A stretch of DNA of 52,492 bases, from NCBI GenBank assembly GCA_964007735.1, contig CAXGAI010000031.1, positions 1-52,492 of the forward strand. The letters run 5' to 3'. The notes beneath the pieces were generated by a model, which saw nothing but the letters and a program-made list of their open reading frames with translations, ran no database searches and had not been told where the DNA came from. A program made the position numbers and the translations under genes. The first letter of the stretch is position 1. Each line of letters starts with the position of its first letter. Below are positions 38,377-48,288 of this stretch, piece by piece. This DNA is from an uncultured Rhodopirellula sp. (GTDB lineage: Bacteria > Planctomycetota > Planctomycetia > Pirellulales > Pirellulaceae).

Positions 38377-38444
38377 ACCTTTTAATTCTTATCGGCTGAA
38401 AAGAGTTTTGACGGTTAGCCAATTACTGTGGTAAACCAAGCCAC

Positions 38445-39827
38445 CTATTTGGTTATTTCGAGATGACTGAGAATTTGCCACCCATCTTTGTGGAGCTCCA
38501 TTTTGTTGGAAAACTGCAGGCGAGGCTGCTTGCTCCAGGGGTCGATCACTCCGATTCCCAGACGATAAAGTCCAGGTGAAAGGTTCTTGGACGGGGCTGT
38601 GATGAGTGTTTTGAACTCACCGGGTACCCAGCGACGAATATCCAAATCGGTTTGGGTAGTTGCAATTTCTCCGCGAGCATTGATCAACGCCAGTTGTACC
38701 GGCCACTTGTAATAAAACGGAGCAATTCCCTGATTCGCTCCGCTGAGAAACAATTGAAGAGGCTCACCTTGTTTGAGTTTTTTTGTGTGTTCGTAGGTAT
38801 GAATATAAAAGTCATATCCCATCTGTTGTATAAGTTTTTTACTATTATCTAAATACTGCTTATCTAGTGTCTTAACGAGTGCAGGGCAGTAGGGGCCGAC
38901 CCAGGAAAAATGACCATTGAGTAATGCTTTCAGCGTATTACCATATTGCAGGGTCATCCACTTCTCAGCTTGAAAAGGCTCCATTTCACCGCCGATCGGA
39001 GCGACCATCCAGTTTTTATCCTGCCCTGATACTTTGAGCTTGGTCAGGAATGCCCAGTCTTTCCCATTTTGAGTGTCAGCCGGGAACATGTCGTCATGAA
39101 ACCCAAGCCACTTTGGAATGGCCGCGTAGCCCCGTGGATATCTGGCCATCAACATTTTGTCCGGGAAGGCTTTACGATATGCTTCGACAACAATTTTAGT
39201 TGTGGTTTGGTCGGCAAAACGTTCCGGCTGTGGATAGGTATGCCATTCTCCCCAATGTCCGAGAAGTCCGAGTTGGATAAATGCAACGCGAGGATTTAGA
39301 TTGTATCGGGCTCCCAGTGCTGCGATGAATTTAGCCAATGCCTTTCGCATTTCCGGATGATTATAATTTGGCGTGATCCCGCCACCGTGTTGCGAGTACT
39401 TTTCGGTCTCGACACCTTTTTCGAGCAACCACGGCGGAATTCCGGACTCTTTCGTGGGATAGTCCATGTAAATACGAAAGATGATGTGCTTCCCTTTGGC
39501 ACGCGGATGAGTCCAATCTTCCTTCTCCCATTTCTCAAATTCGTACTGGTCTTCGATAGGTTCCAGTTCTTTCCAGGAGGCATAGAGAAATACCATGGAG
39601 TATGGTTGATGAATTTCTCCAGCGGTGGTGTAGGGGGCCCAGCCTTTCAGTGGCTGACTGTGAGTTATTGTTCTTGGAAAGAGAGTGCCCGTGACGACAT
39701 CTTGGGCAGTGAGGAAATCGGAGTAGAGTACTGAAAGTACGAGGAGGCCGAATGCTGGGAATGATTTCATAGGAGTCATTAGGGGGAAATAAAAAATGCT
39801 CGGCAAACCGATCCATTTACCAAGCAT
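38445..39827 (-). CDS. DUF4832-containing glycoside-hydrolase-like (TIM barrel) exported protein
   Basis: PLKGW, SWKELEP, IFRIYMDYP, PNY, GLLGHWGEWH, GFHDD, PIGGE, MGY, N.GIAPFY. True start is probably 39779 or 39770. Confidence 0.7.
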   Translation of the reverse strand: MLGKWIGLPSIFYFPLMTPMKSFPAFGLLVLSVLYSDFLTAQDVVTGTLFPRTITHSQPLKGWAPYTTAGEIHQPYSMVFLYASWKELEPIEDQYEFEKWEKEDWTHPRAKGKHIIFRIYMDYPTKESGIPPWLLEKGVETEKYSQHGGGITPNYNHPEMRKALAKFIAALGARYNLNPRVAFIQLGLLGHWGEWHTYPQPERFADQTTTKIVVEAYRKAFPDKMLMARYPRGYAAIPKWLGFHDDMFPADTQNGKDWAFLTKLKVSGQDKNWMVAPIGGEMEPFQAEKWMTLQYGNTLKALLNGHFSWVGPYCPALVKTLDKQYLDNSKKLIQQMGYDFYIHTYEHTKKLKQGEPLQLFLSGANQGIAPFYYKWPVQLALINARGEIATTQTDLDIRRWVPGEFKTLITAPSKNLSPGLYRLGIGVIDPWSKQPRLQFSNKMELHKDGWQILSHLEITK

Positions 39828-39856
39828 TTTTCATGGGTTCTTAAAAGATTGGTGAG

Positions 39857-40243
39857 TTACGGTTTAGGCGGATAAACCTTGTGAGGAGTGTGACATGCTT
39901 TGCAATTCATCGCTTTGGTCAATGCTTCAGCACTACCTTCTTTACCGGCCAGATGAGCTTCGGTAGCTTTTGCCAAGGCCCCGGTTAGTTTTTTCCAACT
40001 ATCGGCGGACCCCTTAGGAGGCTTATTTGTCGGAAGTGCTTTTACGTAGGCAACAAACAGTTTGGTTTCCTCTTCGGAAGCTTCCCCTTTGATGACTTTA
40101 GTGTGCAGGCCTCCAGTCTTAACTGCCTGCATAAACTTCTTCGTGGTGTATTTGTTTTCTTTCTTTTCCTCTGCGGCTATTGCGCCGGAGATAATTACGG
40201 TAACAGCCACAAAGCTGCATAAGGTAGCTAGTTTGCGCATCAT
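39857..40243 (-). CDS. Small exported c-type cytochrome (C-terminal CxxCH, class II/cytochrome c'-like)
   Basis: Signal peptide (AIA-AE), helical body, CKACH near the C-terminus. Confidence 0.75.
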   Translation of the reverse strand: MMRKLATLCSFVAVTVIISGAIAAEEKKENKYTTKKFMQAVKTGGLHTKVIKGEASEEETKLFVAYVKALPTNKPPKGSADSWKKLTGALAKATEAHLAGKEGSAEALTKAMNCKACHTPHKVYPPKP

Positions 40244-40343
40244 GATAATGCTCCATGATAAAAGTAGATATATACGGTTGACTGAGATTATAGCACTATT
40301 TCTTATCCACTAGGAACAAGGAAATGTCGTGTCGTCTGAAAGA

Positions 40344-40802
40344 TCAATCAAAGCTAATATCTGGCAGATAGAACTTTATTTCCGGCCAGAGCACGAAGCA
40401 AATGATGACGAAAGCAATCGAAAAGATAGCGAAAGCGAGCAGTTGTTGTTTTTTCCACCGTGATTCACGATCCCGGAATCGTCTTCTGATTTTCCGGCGT
40501 TTTGCGCGTCGTTTTTGGTACTTCTGTTGGTCCAGCGATAGCTGTTGCTGCAGTTTGGACTCATCCCCAGGCAATCCGACTAAATACTCAGCCCAAACTA
40601 AAGAGGTGCTGCAGGATTCGCACTGAGCAATTCCGTATTCGCACTTTGCTCCGCATTTCGGGCAAGCTGGAAGTCGGGCAATCCTTCTTTTCTCAACTAA
40701 TCGCCTTTGAAAAGCCCAGTCTTTTTCTTTCCTTATACGCTCTTTCGATTCCTCAACTGCTCGGTAATAAGCTTCTGCAGGATCCTGGTTATTTGTCCAC
40801 AT
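40344..40802 (-). CDS. Hypothetical protein with zinc ribbon, basic stretch and C-terminal TM helix
   Basis: CPKCG..CESC, Arg/Lys-rich segment, one TM helix. Confidence 0.6.
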   Translation of the reverse strand: MWTNNQDPAEAYYRAVEESKERIRKEKDWAFQRRLVEKRRIARLPACPKCGAKCEYGIAQCESCSTSLVWAEYLVGLPGDESKLQQQLSLDQQKYQKRRAKRRKIRRRFRDRESRWKKQQLLAFAIFSIAFVIICFVLWPEIKFYLPDISFD

Positions 40803-40988
40803 TTCCGTGCGTTGTCCATCTGAAAATAATTATAGAAAAACGTATAAAACGACTCGAATAGCTAATTAGAGAAGGATTCTCAAGCGATTTACAGGTTAGT
40901 TCGGAGTACTACATTTGGCATATGCGCTGTGTTTATTGTAAGCGACTACGAATCCCCACCACAAATAATTGATATGCATACCTTCCGT

Positions 40989-43766
40989 ATGAAAATTTGG
41001 CCAACGACCTATTGTCTGATTCTATTGGTGTCCTGTCTGGCAGGATGTGCAGATCGTAACTATCTTCGCGAAGCAGATCAGCAGGCGATGGAAGTGATTG
41101 CCGAACGAGCAGGCGATCAGCGTTGGAATCTAGAGAACTACACGGTGGCCGTGGATGATCGAAGTCGGTTTTATGATGATTCAGAATCCACTAATATTGC
41201 TCGCCCGAAAGATGACGTAAATTCCAATTTATACATGCACAAAGTCAATGGCTATGACGGATGGGAATACTGGGACGAAGATGGAGTCACAAGTCAATTT
41301 ACCAATGAACAGTGGCAGGAAAAACTAGCTGGGTATATTGAGTTTGACGAAGAAGGAAATATTAAGCTTAATGCCGAGGCATCCCTGAAGTTGGCGTACA
41401 TTCATTCGCCCGAGTACCAACGTCAAAAAGAGACGCTTTATCTCGCAGCTCTCGATGTGACAACTGAACGATTTCGATTGGATTCGCAGTATTTCGGCGG
41501 CTATAACACAAACTATCGTCACCGAGGTGTTGTTAACCCCGCCGGCTTGCGTGTTGATCCAACCACAGGTAATACGATTCTCTACCCAGCTTCGACGAGT
41601 CGGGAAAGTAATCGACTAACGGTGGGTAAAAATCCGGCATTACAGATGCGTCGTCAGCTTGATACGGCAGGTAACCTGGTGGTTGGATTTGCGAATTCGT
41701 TTATCTTTGAGTTCACCGGTGAGACGGCTGATTTTACAACGTCGATCGCTAACTTTGCTTTTGTGCAGCCTCTGCTGCGTGGAGCTGGAAAACATATTGC
41801 GTTGGAGAGTCTCACGCAGTCTGAAAGAAATTTACTGGCCGGCATTCGTGCCTTTTCACAATATCAGCAAGGCTTCTTTACGCAAGTCACGATCGGCGAA
41901 TCGGCTGTTGCTAACGTTCGTCGGGGGAGTCCTGGTACCTTTGTTAACAGCGGCAGTGGAAATACGTTTGTTAATGGATTTTATGGTCTGCTGCAAAACC
42001 AACAGACAGTTCGGAACCTTGAAATAAGTGTTAAACGCCAGAAACAAAATCTGGAGCAGTTTGAAGAGTATCTAGACCTTGGATTAGTGGGTCTCGTTCA
42101 GGTAGACATCATGCGTCAGGATGTTGTTGCTCAGGAATCGAGCTTACTGGACCGAAATGTCGGTTACAAGAATGCTATTGAGCAATATCAGACTAATGAA
42201 CTGGGCTTGCCTCCGGATTTGCCAATCGACATCGATAAATCCTTAGTGGAAGATTTCACCTTTATCACAGATGAGTCGCTTGCTGTTGAAGATCAGATAT
42301 TAGCAGCGCGCGAATCGATTGCTAATCTGGAAGAACCGGCCACCCTTGAGATTTTACAGCCGGTGCTTGCGGAGCTTGAAGCTATTATGCCGGCATTGGC
42401 TACCTGGTTTGGGAATATTGAGCTTGATGTGGCAGAAATGGGAGAGGCGGCAGAAGTACGAGAATCCCGCATGACGGAAACAGAGATTGAGGAATTTCGT
42501 GCTGCTCGCCTTAGTCTGAAAGCTGAATTGGAAGCGTTGCTTGAACTGGCTGGCACTGAGAAGGATGCCTTGCAACAGATTATAGATGGTGCAGGAGTGG
42601 CTGAACCGGACCAGACGATCCGTGAAATGGTCGTTTGGCGTGGTCGCCTGAAGCGATTGACCGATCGCGCGGGATTGGCGCAGGCTCGAGCAAAGCTCGA
42701 AAAAATATCCGTTGGATCCTTCGAGTTGCCATTCGAGGATGCATTCAAAATTGCGCTTCATAATCGTCTCGACTTTAAGAATGCCAGAGCGGCTTTGGTC
42801 GATACCTGGCGTCAAATCAAAATGCGTGAGAATCAACTGTTGTCGACCGTCAATCTAACGGCAGCGGGCGATCTGTATACAAAGAAGAATAATCCGGTAA
42901 GCTTTCGAGCGGAGACTGGTAGCTTACGCTTTGGCATCCAATTCGATGCTCCCATCACCAGACTTATTGAACGCAATCAGCTGAAACAATCACTGATCAG
43001 TTATCAACAAGACAAACGTCAGTTTATTCAATCCCAGGATCGCCTAAATTACGGATTACGGGCGTTGTTGCGCCGAACGGAAATGTTACGCCAGAAATTG
43101 GAAGTAGACCGACGTCAGGTTGCCATCGCGATTCGTTTGGTGGATTCTACTCAATCGCGACTCTATCGACCTGTACGCCCAGCTCAACCAGGTCAAAGTC
43201 AGCAATTACTTGGTGAAACATTGGCATTGAATATTGTGAACAGCTATAGCCGATTGGCTCAAACGCAAGGAACATTCCTGAGTACCTGGATGCAGTATCA
43301 GGCGGCTCGCATGCGTTTGCAACGTGAACTTGGCATCATGGAATTGGATGAGGGTGGGAGCTGGGTTGATGAGCCCTTGCCGCCGGTTGAGGAGATGTTG
43401 CAGGACATTGAAGAGGAGGAACTGCTGAATACCGTTGACACGAAAGAAGGTGAAGTTGATTCATCAGATGATGAGAAGCGAGTGGATACGGAAGTTGATC
43501 CTCAAGCTGCGGATGTCACCTCAACATCCAAAATGGAAGAAGCATCTCCGGAAGAGGAATTGCAGGGAATGGAGAAACTAACTCAGAAACTAATGAATCT
43601 TCAGCAGGGCATTGAAGATGCCGTCCTGAAACGGGCAAAAAATCGAATGGACGCCGAACTGGAACAAGTTCTTGGAAAACAGTCTGACGACAAAACGAAT
43701 CAGCCGCTAGAAGCGAATGTTCCCGGCGAATCTGACGAAAAACGACCTGTCACGAGTCCTGAATAG
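40989..43766 (+). CDS. TolC-family outer-membrane efflux lipoprotein (long planctomycete type)
   Basis: Lipobox LAGC after MKIWPTTYCLILLVSC (start 40989; ORF track 40929). LAYIHSPEYQ..KETLYL.ALDVT.ERF, QPLLRGAG, LGLPP, ALHNRLD..NARA, FDAP..R..ERN. Lies upstream of adaptor genes. Confidence 0.82.
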   Translation: MKIWPTTYCLILLVSCLAGCADRNYLREADQQAMEVIAERAGDQRWNLENYTVAVDDRSRFYDDSESTNIARPKDDVNSNLYMHKVNGYDGWEYWDEDGVTSQFTNEQWQEKLAGYIEFDEEGNIKLNAEASLKLAYIHSPEYQRQKETLYLAALDVTTERFRLDSQYFGGYNTNYRHRGVVNPAGLRVDPTTGNTILYPASTSRESNRLTVGKNPALQMRRQLDTAGNLVVGFANSFIFEFTGETADFTTSIANFAFVQPLLRGAGKHIALESLTQSERNLLAGIRAFSQYQQGFFTQVTIGESAVANVRRGSPGTFVNSGSGNTFVNGFYGLLQNQQTVRNLEISVKRQKQNLEQFEEYLDLGLVGLVQVDIMRQDVVAQESSLLDRNVGYKNAIEQYQTNELGLPPDLPIDIDKSLVEDFTFITDESLAVEDQILAARESIANLEEPATLEILQPVLAELEAIMPALATWFGNIELDVAEMGEAAEVRESRMTETEIEEFRAARLSLKAELEALLELAGTEKDALQQIIDGAGVAEPDQTIREMVVWRGRLKRLTDRAGLAQARAKLEKISVGSFELPFEDAFKIALHNRLDFKNARAALVDTWRQIKMRENQLLSTVNLTAAGDLYTKKNNPVSFRAETGSLRFGIQFDAPITRLIERNQLKQSLISYQQDKRQFIQSQDRLNYGLRALLRRTEMLRQKLEVDRRQVAIAIRLVDSTQSRLYRPVRPAQPGQSQQLLGETLALNIVNSYSRLAQTQGTFLSTWMQYQAARMRLQRELGIMELDEGGSWVDEPLPPVEEMLQDIEEEELLNTVDTKEGEVDSSDDEKRVDTEVDPQAADVTSTSKMEEASPEEELQGMEKLTQKLMNLQQGIEDAVLKRAKNRMDAELEQVLGKQSDDKTNQPLEANVPGESDEKRPVTSPE

Positions 43767-43782
43767 AGTTTTTCAATAGCTT

Positions 43783-43806
43783 CCCACCCCTCGTTCGGAT
43801 GGTGGG
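43783..43806 (+). other. Hairpin between TolC and first adaptor gene (terminator or mRNA-stability element)
   Basis: CCCACC..GGTGGG stem. A T-rich stretch follows about 10 nt later, then an AT-rich region containing TATAAT. Confidence 0.3.
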
Positions 43807-43930
43807 GTAGAGTGTCTTTTTTCTACGAAGAAAAGAAAATATATATAATAGGTAAATGTCCACGCTTGCTTAGTATGGGTGGTTTAAACCAGATACTTTC
43901 GTAAAAACGATTTGGAAAGAGTGTATTGAA

Positions 43931-45394
43931 GTGTCAACTGATTCAAATAATAGAGAACGCGCCGGTTTTGGGCGATGGGTCATCAGATTTTTGATATTGG
44001 GTGTCTTTGTTGGTGGTGCCGTGGCTGGTGTTTACTACTTACCTAATAATCTGTTATCCAAAGAAGTTGTCGAAAATCTGACCTACAAGGTAACGCGTGG
44101 CCCGATCACGATCTCTGTGACCGAACAGGGAACTTTGGAAAGCTCCGAGAATACCGAGATTAAGTGTAAGGTGCGCGGGCGAAATACAGTGACCTGGGTT
44201 GTAGAATCGGGAGCGATCGTGAAGGAAGGCGATGAGTTGGTCCGCCTTGATACGAAAAAGATCGAAGAGAACTTAAGCCTACAGAAAACGAATGTTCATG
44301 AAGCGACCGCTACATTAGAAGAAACAAAGACGGATACGGCGCAAGCTCAAATCGCTATCGATTCATTCGAAGAAGGACGCTATACGAAAGGGCTTAAGTC
44401 ACGGGAGGCTGAAGTCCAACGAGCTCAGATTAACCTCGACGCTTCCAAGGATAAATACGAACAGTATCGTCAACTCTTTAAGCGGGGGCGAGTTTCAGAA
44501 TTGGAACTTGATGGTAGTGCCTTTACGGTGACTCAGGCAGAATTGCAACTCAAGGTCGCTCAGACTCGGCTTGACGTTTACAAGCGATATACCCGGGCGA
44601 TGGATCTGGAACAGCTCAAAGGGCGATTGAGTGCTCATAAGTCGAAGCTTTCTGCTGACCAAGCTGGTTTGCAAATGGATATGGCTCGACGATCTAGAGC
44701 GGAAACAGAATTAGGTAATTGCGTGATTAAAGCTCCTAAAGATGGACTCGTTATTTATCCCACGGCAGCCGCCTGGAAAGATACTCCAGACATTGGGGAA
44801 GGTGTGAGTGTAAGTAATGATCAGATTTTGTTGATCATGCCTGATCTCGAGGAAATGCAGATTGAAATCGGCATCCATGAGGCAATCGTGGATCGGGTAA
44901 AAATGGGACTGGAAGCCAGCGTTAAACTACCGGATCGTGAGTTGAAAGCTAAAGTGTCAGAGGTGGCAACTATCGCTCAGCCTCTGGGCCCTTGGTCGGG
45001 GAATGTTGTTAAGTACGATACGATCATTTCGCTTCCTAATGAAGAGGGGCTCAAGCCCGGCATGAGCGCGGAAGTGGAGGTTGTGCTGGCAGAATATGAG
45101 GATGTCTTATACGTTCCGGTATCTGCTATTCTCGAGACAAAAGAGGGACACTTCTGCTGGATTGAACAATCTACAGGGCAACCCAAACGCCAGCGAGTGA
45201 TTCTTGGTGAAAGCAATGATGTTTATGTTATTGTGGAACAGGGAGTGAAAGAGGGTGAAGATGTGATTCTAAATCCATTGGAGTTCATGGAGCAGAGTGA
45301 GTTGGCAAGTGCCGATGAGTATCGAGGTCTCGGGGATACCAGTGACTATACGGATTCAGATTCTGTTGATGAGGAGCCAGTAACGGATGAGTAA
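43931..45394 (+). CDS. Efflux periplasmic adaptor subunit (HlyD/MacA-like) 1
   Basis: N-terminal TM; VTEQGTLES, VKEGDELVRLD, long coiled coil, IKAPKDGLVIY, LKPGMSAEV, VPVSAI. Confidence 0.9.
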   Translation: MSTDSNNRERAGFGRWVIRFLILGVFVGGAVAGVYYLPNNLLSKEVVENLTYKVTRGPITISVTEQGTLESSENTEIKCKVRGRNTVTWVVESGAIVKEGDELVRLDTKKIEENLSLQKTNVHEATATLEETKTDTAQAQIAIDSFEEGRYTKGLKSREAEVQRAQINLDASKDKYEQYRQLFKRGRVSELELDGSAFTVTQAELQLKVAQTRLDVYKRYTRAMDLEQLKGRLSAHKSKLSADQAGLQMDMARRSRAETELGNCVIKAPKDGLVIYPTAAAWKDTPDIGEGVSVSNDQILLIMPDLEEMQIEIGIHEAIVDRVKMGLEASVKLPDRELKAKVSEVATIAQPLGPWSGNVVKYDTIISLPNEEGLKPGMSAEVEVVLAEYEDVLYVPVSAILETKEGHFCWIEQSTGQPKRQRVILGESNDVYVIVEQGVKEGEDVILNPLEFMEQSELASADEYRGLGDTSDYTDSDSVDEEPVTDE

Positions 45395-46814
45395 GAATTA
45401 TCAGCAGCAGGGAGCTTCAATTTGGTCTCAGATTGTTGTTAGTTGCTTATTGGTTGGCTTAGGTGTTGGAGGCTACCTTTTTGCGAAGAGTGATGACGGT
45501 GAAGTCCAAGTGAATCTTGACTTCCTTAAAGCTCCAACCCATGTAGTAAGACTCGGGGAAATGGCTGTTTCGGTGACAGAGCAGGGCTCGCTCGAATCGT
45601 ACGATAATGTTGAGATCGTATGTCGGGTACGTGGTCAGAACACGGTGACTTCGGTTGTTGATTCTGGTACTTATGTTGAGAAAGGAGATGTGGTTCTGAC
45701 GCTCGATACACTCTATATCGACGAAGAGATTGCTGAACGATCGAAGTACGCTCACTGGGCCAGAAGTGGTGCTGAACATTGGAGAGCAAGTGTTGAAAAG
45801 AACAAACTTGCTATTCCGGAATATCTCGAAGGACGATTTGTTGCTGAGTTAACCGGGATGGAAAAAGATCTCGTCATTGCCGAGGCAGATTTACTGACCG
45901 ATCAGGAACTGCTTGAATATGTGCAACGCCAGTATGAACGTGGCTATGAAAGTCGCGATCAGGTTGAAGAGCATCGTCGCCGTGTTGAATTTACCAAGTT
46001 GCGTATCGAAGTGCTGAAGTCAGACATTGAGGTATTCAAGAAATACACAAAGGAATACGAATTAGCACGTCTCGAAGGTGAGTTGAAGGTTTCGCAGGCT
46101 CAGTTTGAGGCGAATGATGAACGAGCGTGGGCCGATGCTTCTCGTCGCGACCAGGCTGTCCAAGAAAAAGAATATTGCACCGTTCTAGCTCCCAAGGCTG
46201 GTCTGGTGATCCACCCGCGAGCCGCAGCCTGGAAGGATGCACCTGATATCACCGAAGGTGGAACCGTTTACACAGAGCAGGTTATGCTGCTCATGCCTAA
46301 TCTGGATAAGATGCAGGTCAAGGTCGGAGTGCATGAAGCATTAGTTGAGCACGTCAAGGCTGGAATGCTAGTCTTTGTCAAACTGCCGGATCGTGAGCCC
46401 TTTGAATGTAATGTATCCCATGTTGCTAATATCGCTCGTCCTCCGACGATTGGTGTCAGCAATATTGTGAAGTACGACGTGACGGTTGAAATACCAAGAA
46501 TGGAAGGCTTAAAGCCAGGGATGACCGCGGAAGTCGAAATCGTTATGAATGAATATGCAGATCAGGTTTTATTGCCGGTTGAATCGGTATTGGAATTTGG
46601 CAGCGGATTCTATTGCTGGGTTCGTAATGGTGATTCGATCAGTCGGCGAAGAGTCGAACTTGCAGATAGTGATGAGAAGATGGTTCGTGTTCTCGACGGT
46701 ATTAAGGCCGGAGAAACTGTTATTCTCAATCCACTGGCCTATGTGCCGGACGCTCAAGATGATGCTTTGATCAATTTCGAACAAACAGCTACTGCCATGG
46801 TTCAGGAAGATTAA
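45387..46814 (+). CDS. Efflux periplasmic adaptor subunit (HlyD/MacA-like) 2
   Basis: N-terminal TM; VTEQGSLES, VEKGDVVLTLD, LAPKAGLVI, LKPGMTAEV. Overlaps the previous gene by 8 bp. Confidence 0.9.
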   Translation: MSKNYQQQGASIWSQIVVSCLLVGLGVGGYLFAKSDDGEVQVNLDFLKAPTHVVRLGEMAVSVTEQGSLESYDNVEIVCRVRGQNTVTSVVDSGTYVEKGDVVLTLDTLYIDEEIAERSKYAHWARSGAEHWRASVEKNKLAIPEYLEGRFVAELTGMEKDLVIAEADLLTDQELLEYVQRQYERGYESRDQVEEHRRRVEFTKLRIEVLKSDIEVFKKYTKEYELARLEGELKVSQAQFEANDERAWADASRRDQAVQEKEYCTVLAPKAGLVIHPRAAAWKDAPDITEGGTVYTEQVMLLMPNLDKMQVKVGVHEALVEHVKAGMLVFVKLPDREPFECNVSHVANIARPPTIGVSNIVKYDVTVEIPRMEGLKPGMTAEVEIVMNEYADQVLLPVESVLEFGSGFYCWVRNGDSISRRRVELADSDEKMVRVLDGIKAGETVILNPLAYVPDAQDDALINFEQTATAMVQED

Positions 46815-46819
46815 AAACA

Positions 46820-48238
46820 GTGGCTGGTTCATTCAAATCCCGCGTTGTGAAGCCTTTGTTAATCCTGTTGTTGCTTGGAGGCCTGGGCTTCGGTATCTAT
46901 CAGGGGGTAGGCCTTGCGCTGAATGGTCAAAGTGATGTACCTGAGCGGAAGCATTTTCTTACTCACGTTGTCCAAAGGACACCGCTTACGCTCTCGCTGA
47001 AAGATCAGGGGACGTTGGAAAGTACGGAGAATTACGAGATTATTTGTCAGGTGCGTGGTGCTAATATCATCACATCCGTGGTGGAAAATGGAAGCTACGT
47101 GAAGCAAGGTGATGTGATCCTGACGTTAGATTCGCTCTTCATTGATGAGCAAATCTCGGAACGCTCAAAGTATGCTCACTGGTCGCGGAGTGGTGCTGAG
47201 CACTGGCGAACGACGGTGAAATCGCGTGAGTTGGCTGTGGCTGAATATCTCGAAGGTAGGTATGTCACTGAATTATTACAAAAAGAACTGGAACTGATTG
47301 TGAAGGAAAGTGACTTGCTTGCCTTTAATGAATTCCTGACATTCAATGTGCGTCAGTTTGAAAAGGGTTATGTAAGTGCAGATGAAGTCGACCGTTGGCG
47401 ACGCCGAATCGATATTCACAAGGTGGATTTAGATGTAATGAGCAATGACCTCAGCATACTTAAAGAGCACACGAAAAAGTCAGAAATGGCACGACTGGAA
47501 GGTGAGCTTAAAGTTGCTAAAGCTCAGTTCGAAGCCAGTGATGAACGTGCTGATGCGGATGCTTCACGTCGAGATCGTGCATTAGAAGAAAAGGAGTTCT
47601 GTACGATTCTGGCTCCGAAGGATGGCTTAGTGATTCATCCGCGAGCGGCTTCCTGGAAATGGGCTCCGGATATCGTTGAGGGTGGTACGGTCTACAAGGA
47701 GCAAGTTTTATTATTGATGCCTAATTTGGCAAAGATGCAGGTCAAGCTTGGCATTGTGGAAGCGATGATTGAGAATATCCATGTGGGAATGAAGGCGATT
47801 GTTAAACTTCCCGGGCGTTCCCCGATTGAGGCCGAAGTATCGGAAGTTGCCGACATTGCTCGCCCCCCGATTATTGGCTCGGGTGACGTCGTCCGTTATG
47901 ACGTCATTGTTGAATTGCCGACTCTTAAGAATCTAAAACCGGGGACTAGTGCCAAGATCGAGATTATGATCAATGAGGTTGATGAAGTTTTAACGGTACC
48001 TCTTGCTGCCACGGTTGAGATTGAAGACAACATCTACTGTTGGGTGGAAAATGCGATTGGGGTAGAACAACGCCTTCTAAAGACAAAACCAGGCGATGAC
48101 GTCTCGCTGATTGTTGAAAGTGGCATTCGCTTGGGTGAAAAAGTGATCATGAATCCTCTGATTTATACAGAGGCTCCTAAAGTGGAATCAGAGACCGAAG
48201 TGAAGGAAACTTCGGAGACTTCTATGTCGGGATCCTAG
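46820..48238 (+). CDS. Efflux periplasmic adaptor subunit (HlyD/MacA-like) 3
   Basis: N-terminal TM; DQGTLES, VKQGDVILTLD, LAPKDGLVI, LKPGTSAKI. Confidence 0.9.
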   Translation: MAGSFKSRVVKPLLILLLLGGLGFGIYQGVGLALNGQSDVPERKHFLTHVVQRTPLTLSLKDQGTLESTENYEIICQVRGANIITSVVENGSYVKQGDVILTLDSLFIDEQISERSKYAHWSRSGAEHWRTTVKSRELAVAEYLEGRYVTELLQKELELIVKESDLLAFNEFLTFNVRQFEKGYVSADEVDRWRRRIDIHKVDLDVMSNDLSILKEHTKKSEMARLEGELKVAKAQFEASDERADADASRRDRALEEKEFCTILAPKDGLVIHPRAASWKWAPDIVEGGTVYKEQVLLLMPNLAKMQVKLGIVEAMIENIHVGMKAIVKLPGRSPIEAEVSEVADIARPPIIGSGDVVRYDVIVELPTLKNLKPGTSAKIEIMINEVDEVLTVPLAATVEIEDNIYCWVENAIGVEQRLLKTKPGDDVSLIVESGIRLGEKVIMNPLIYTEAPKVESETEVKETSETSMSGS

Positions 48239-48288
48239 AATAGGATGCCCCTCGATGATGTAATCGACTGGGAAACAAGGCTGAATTA

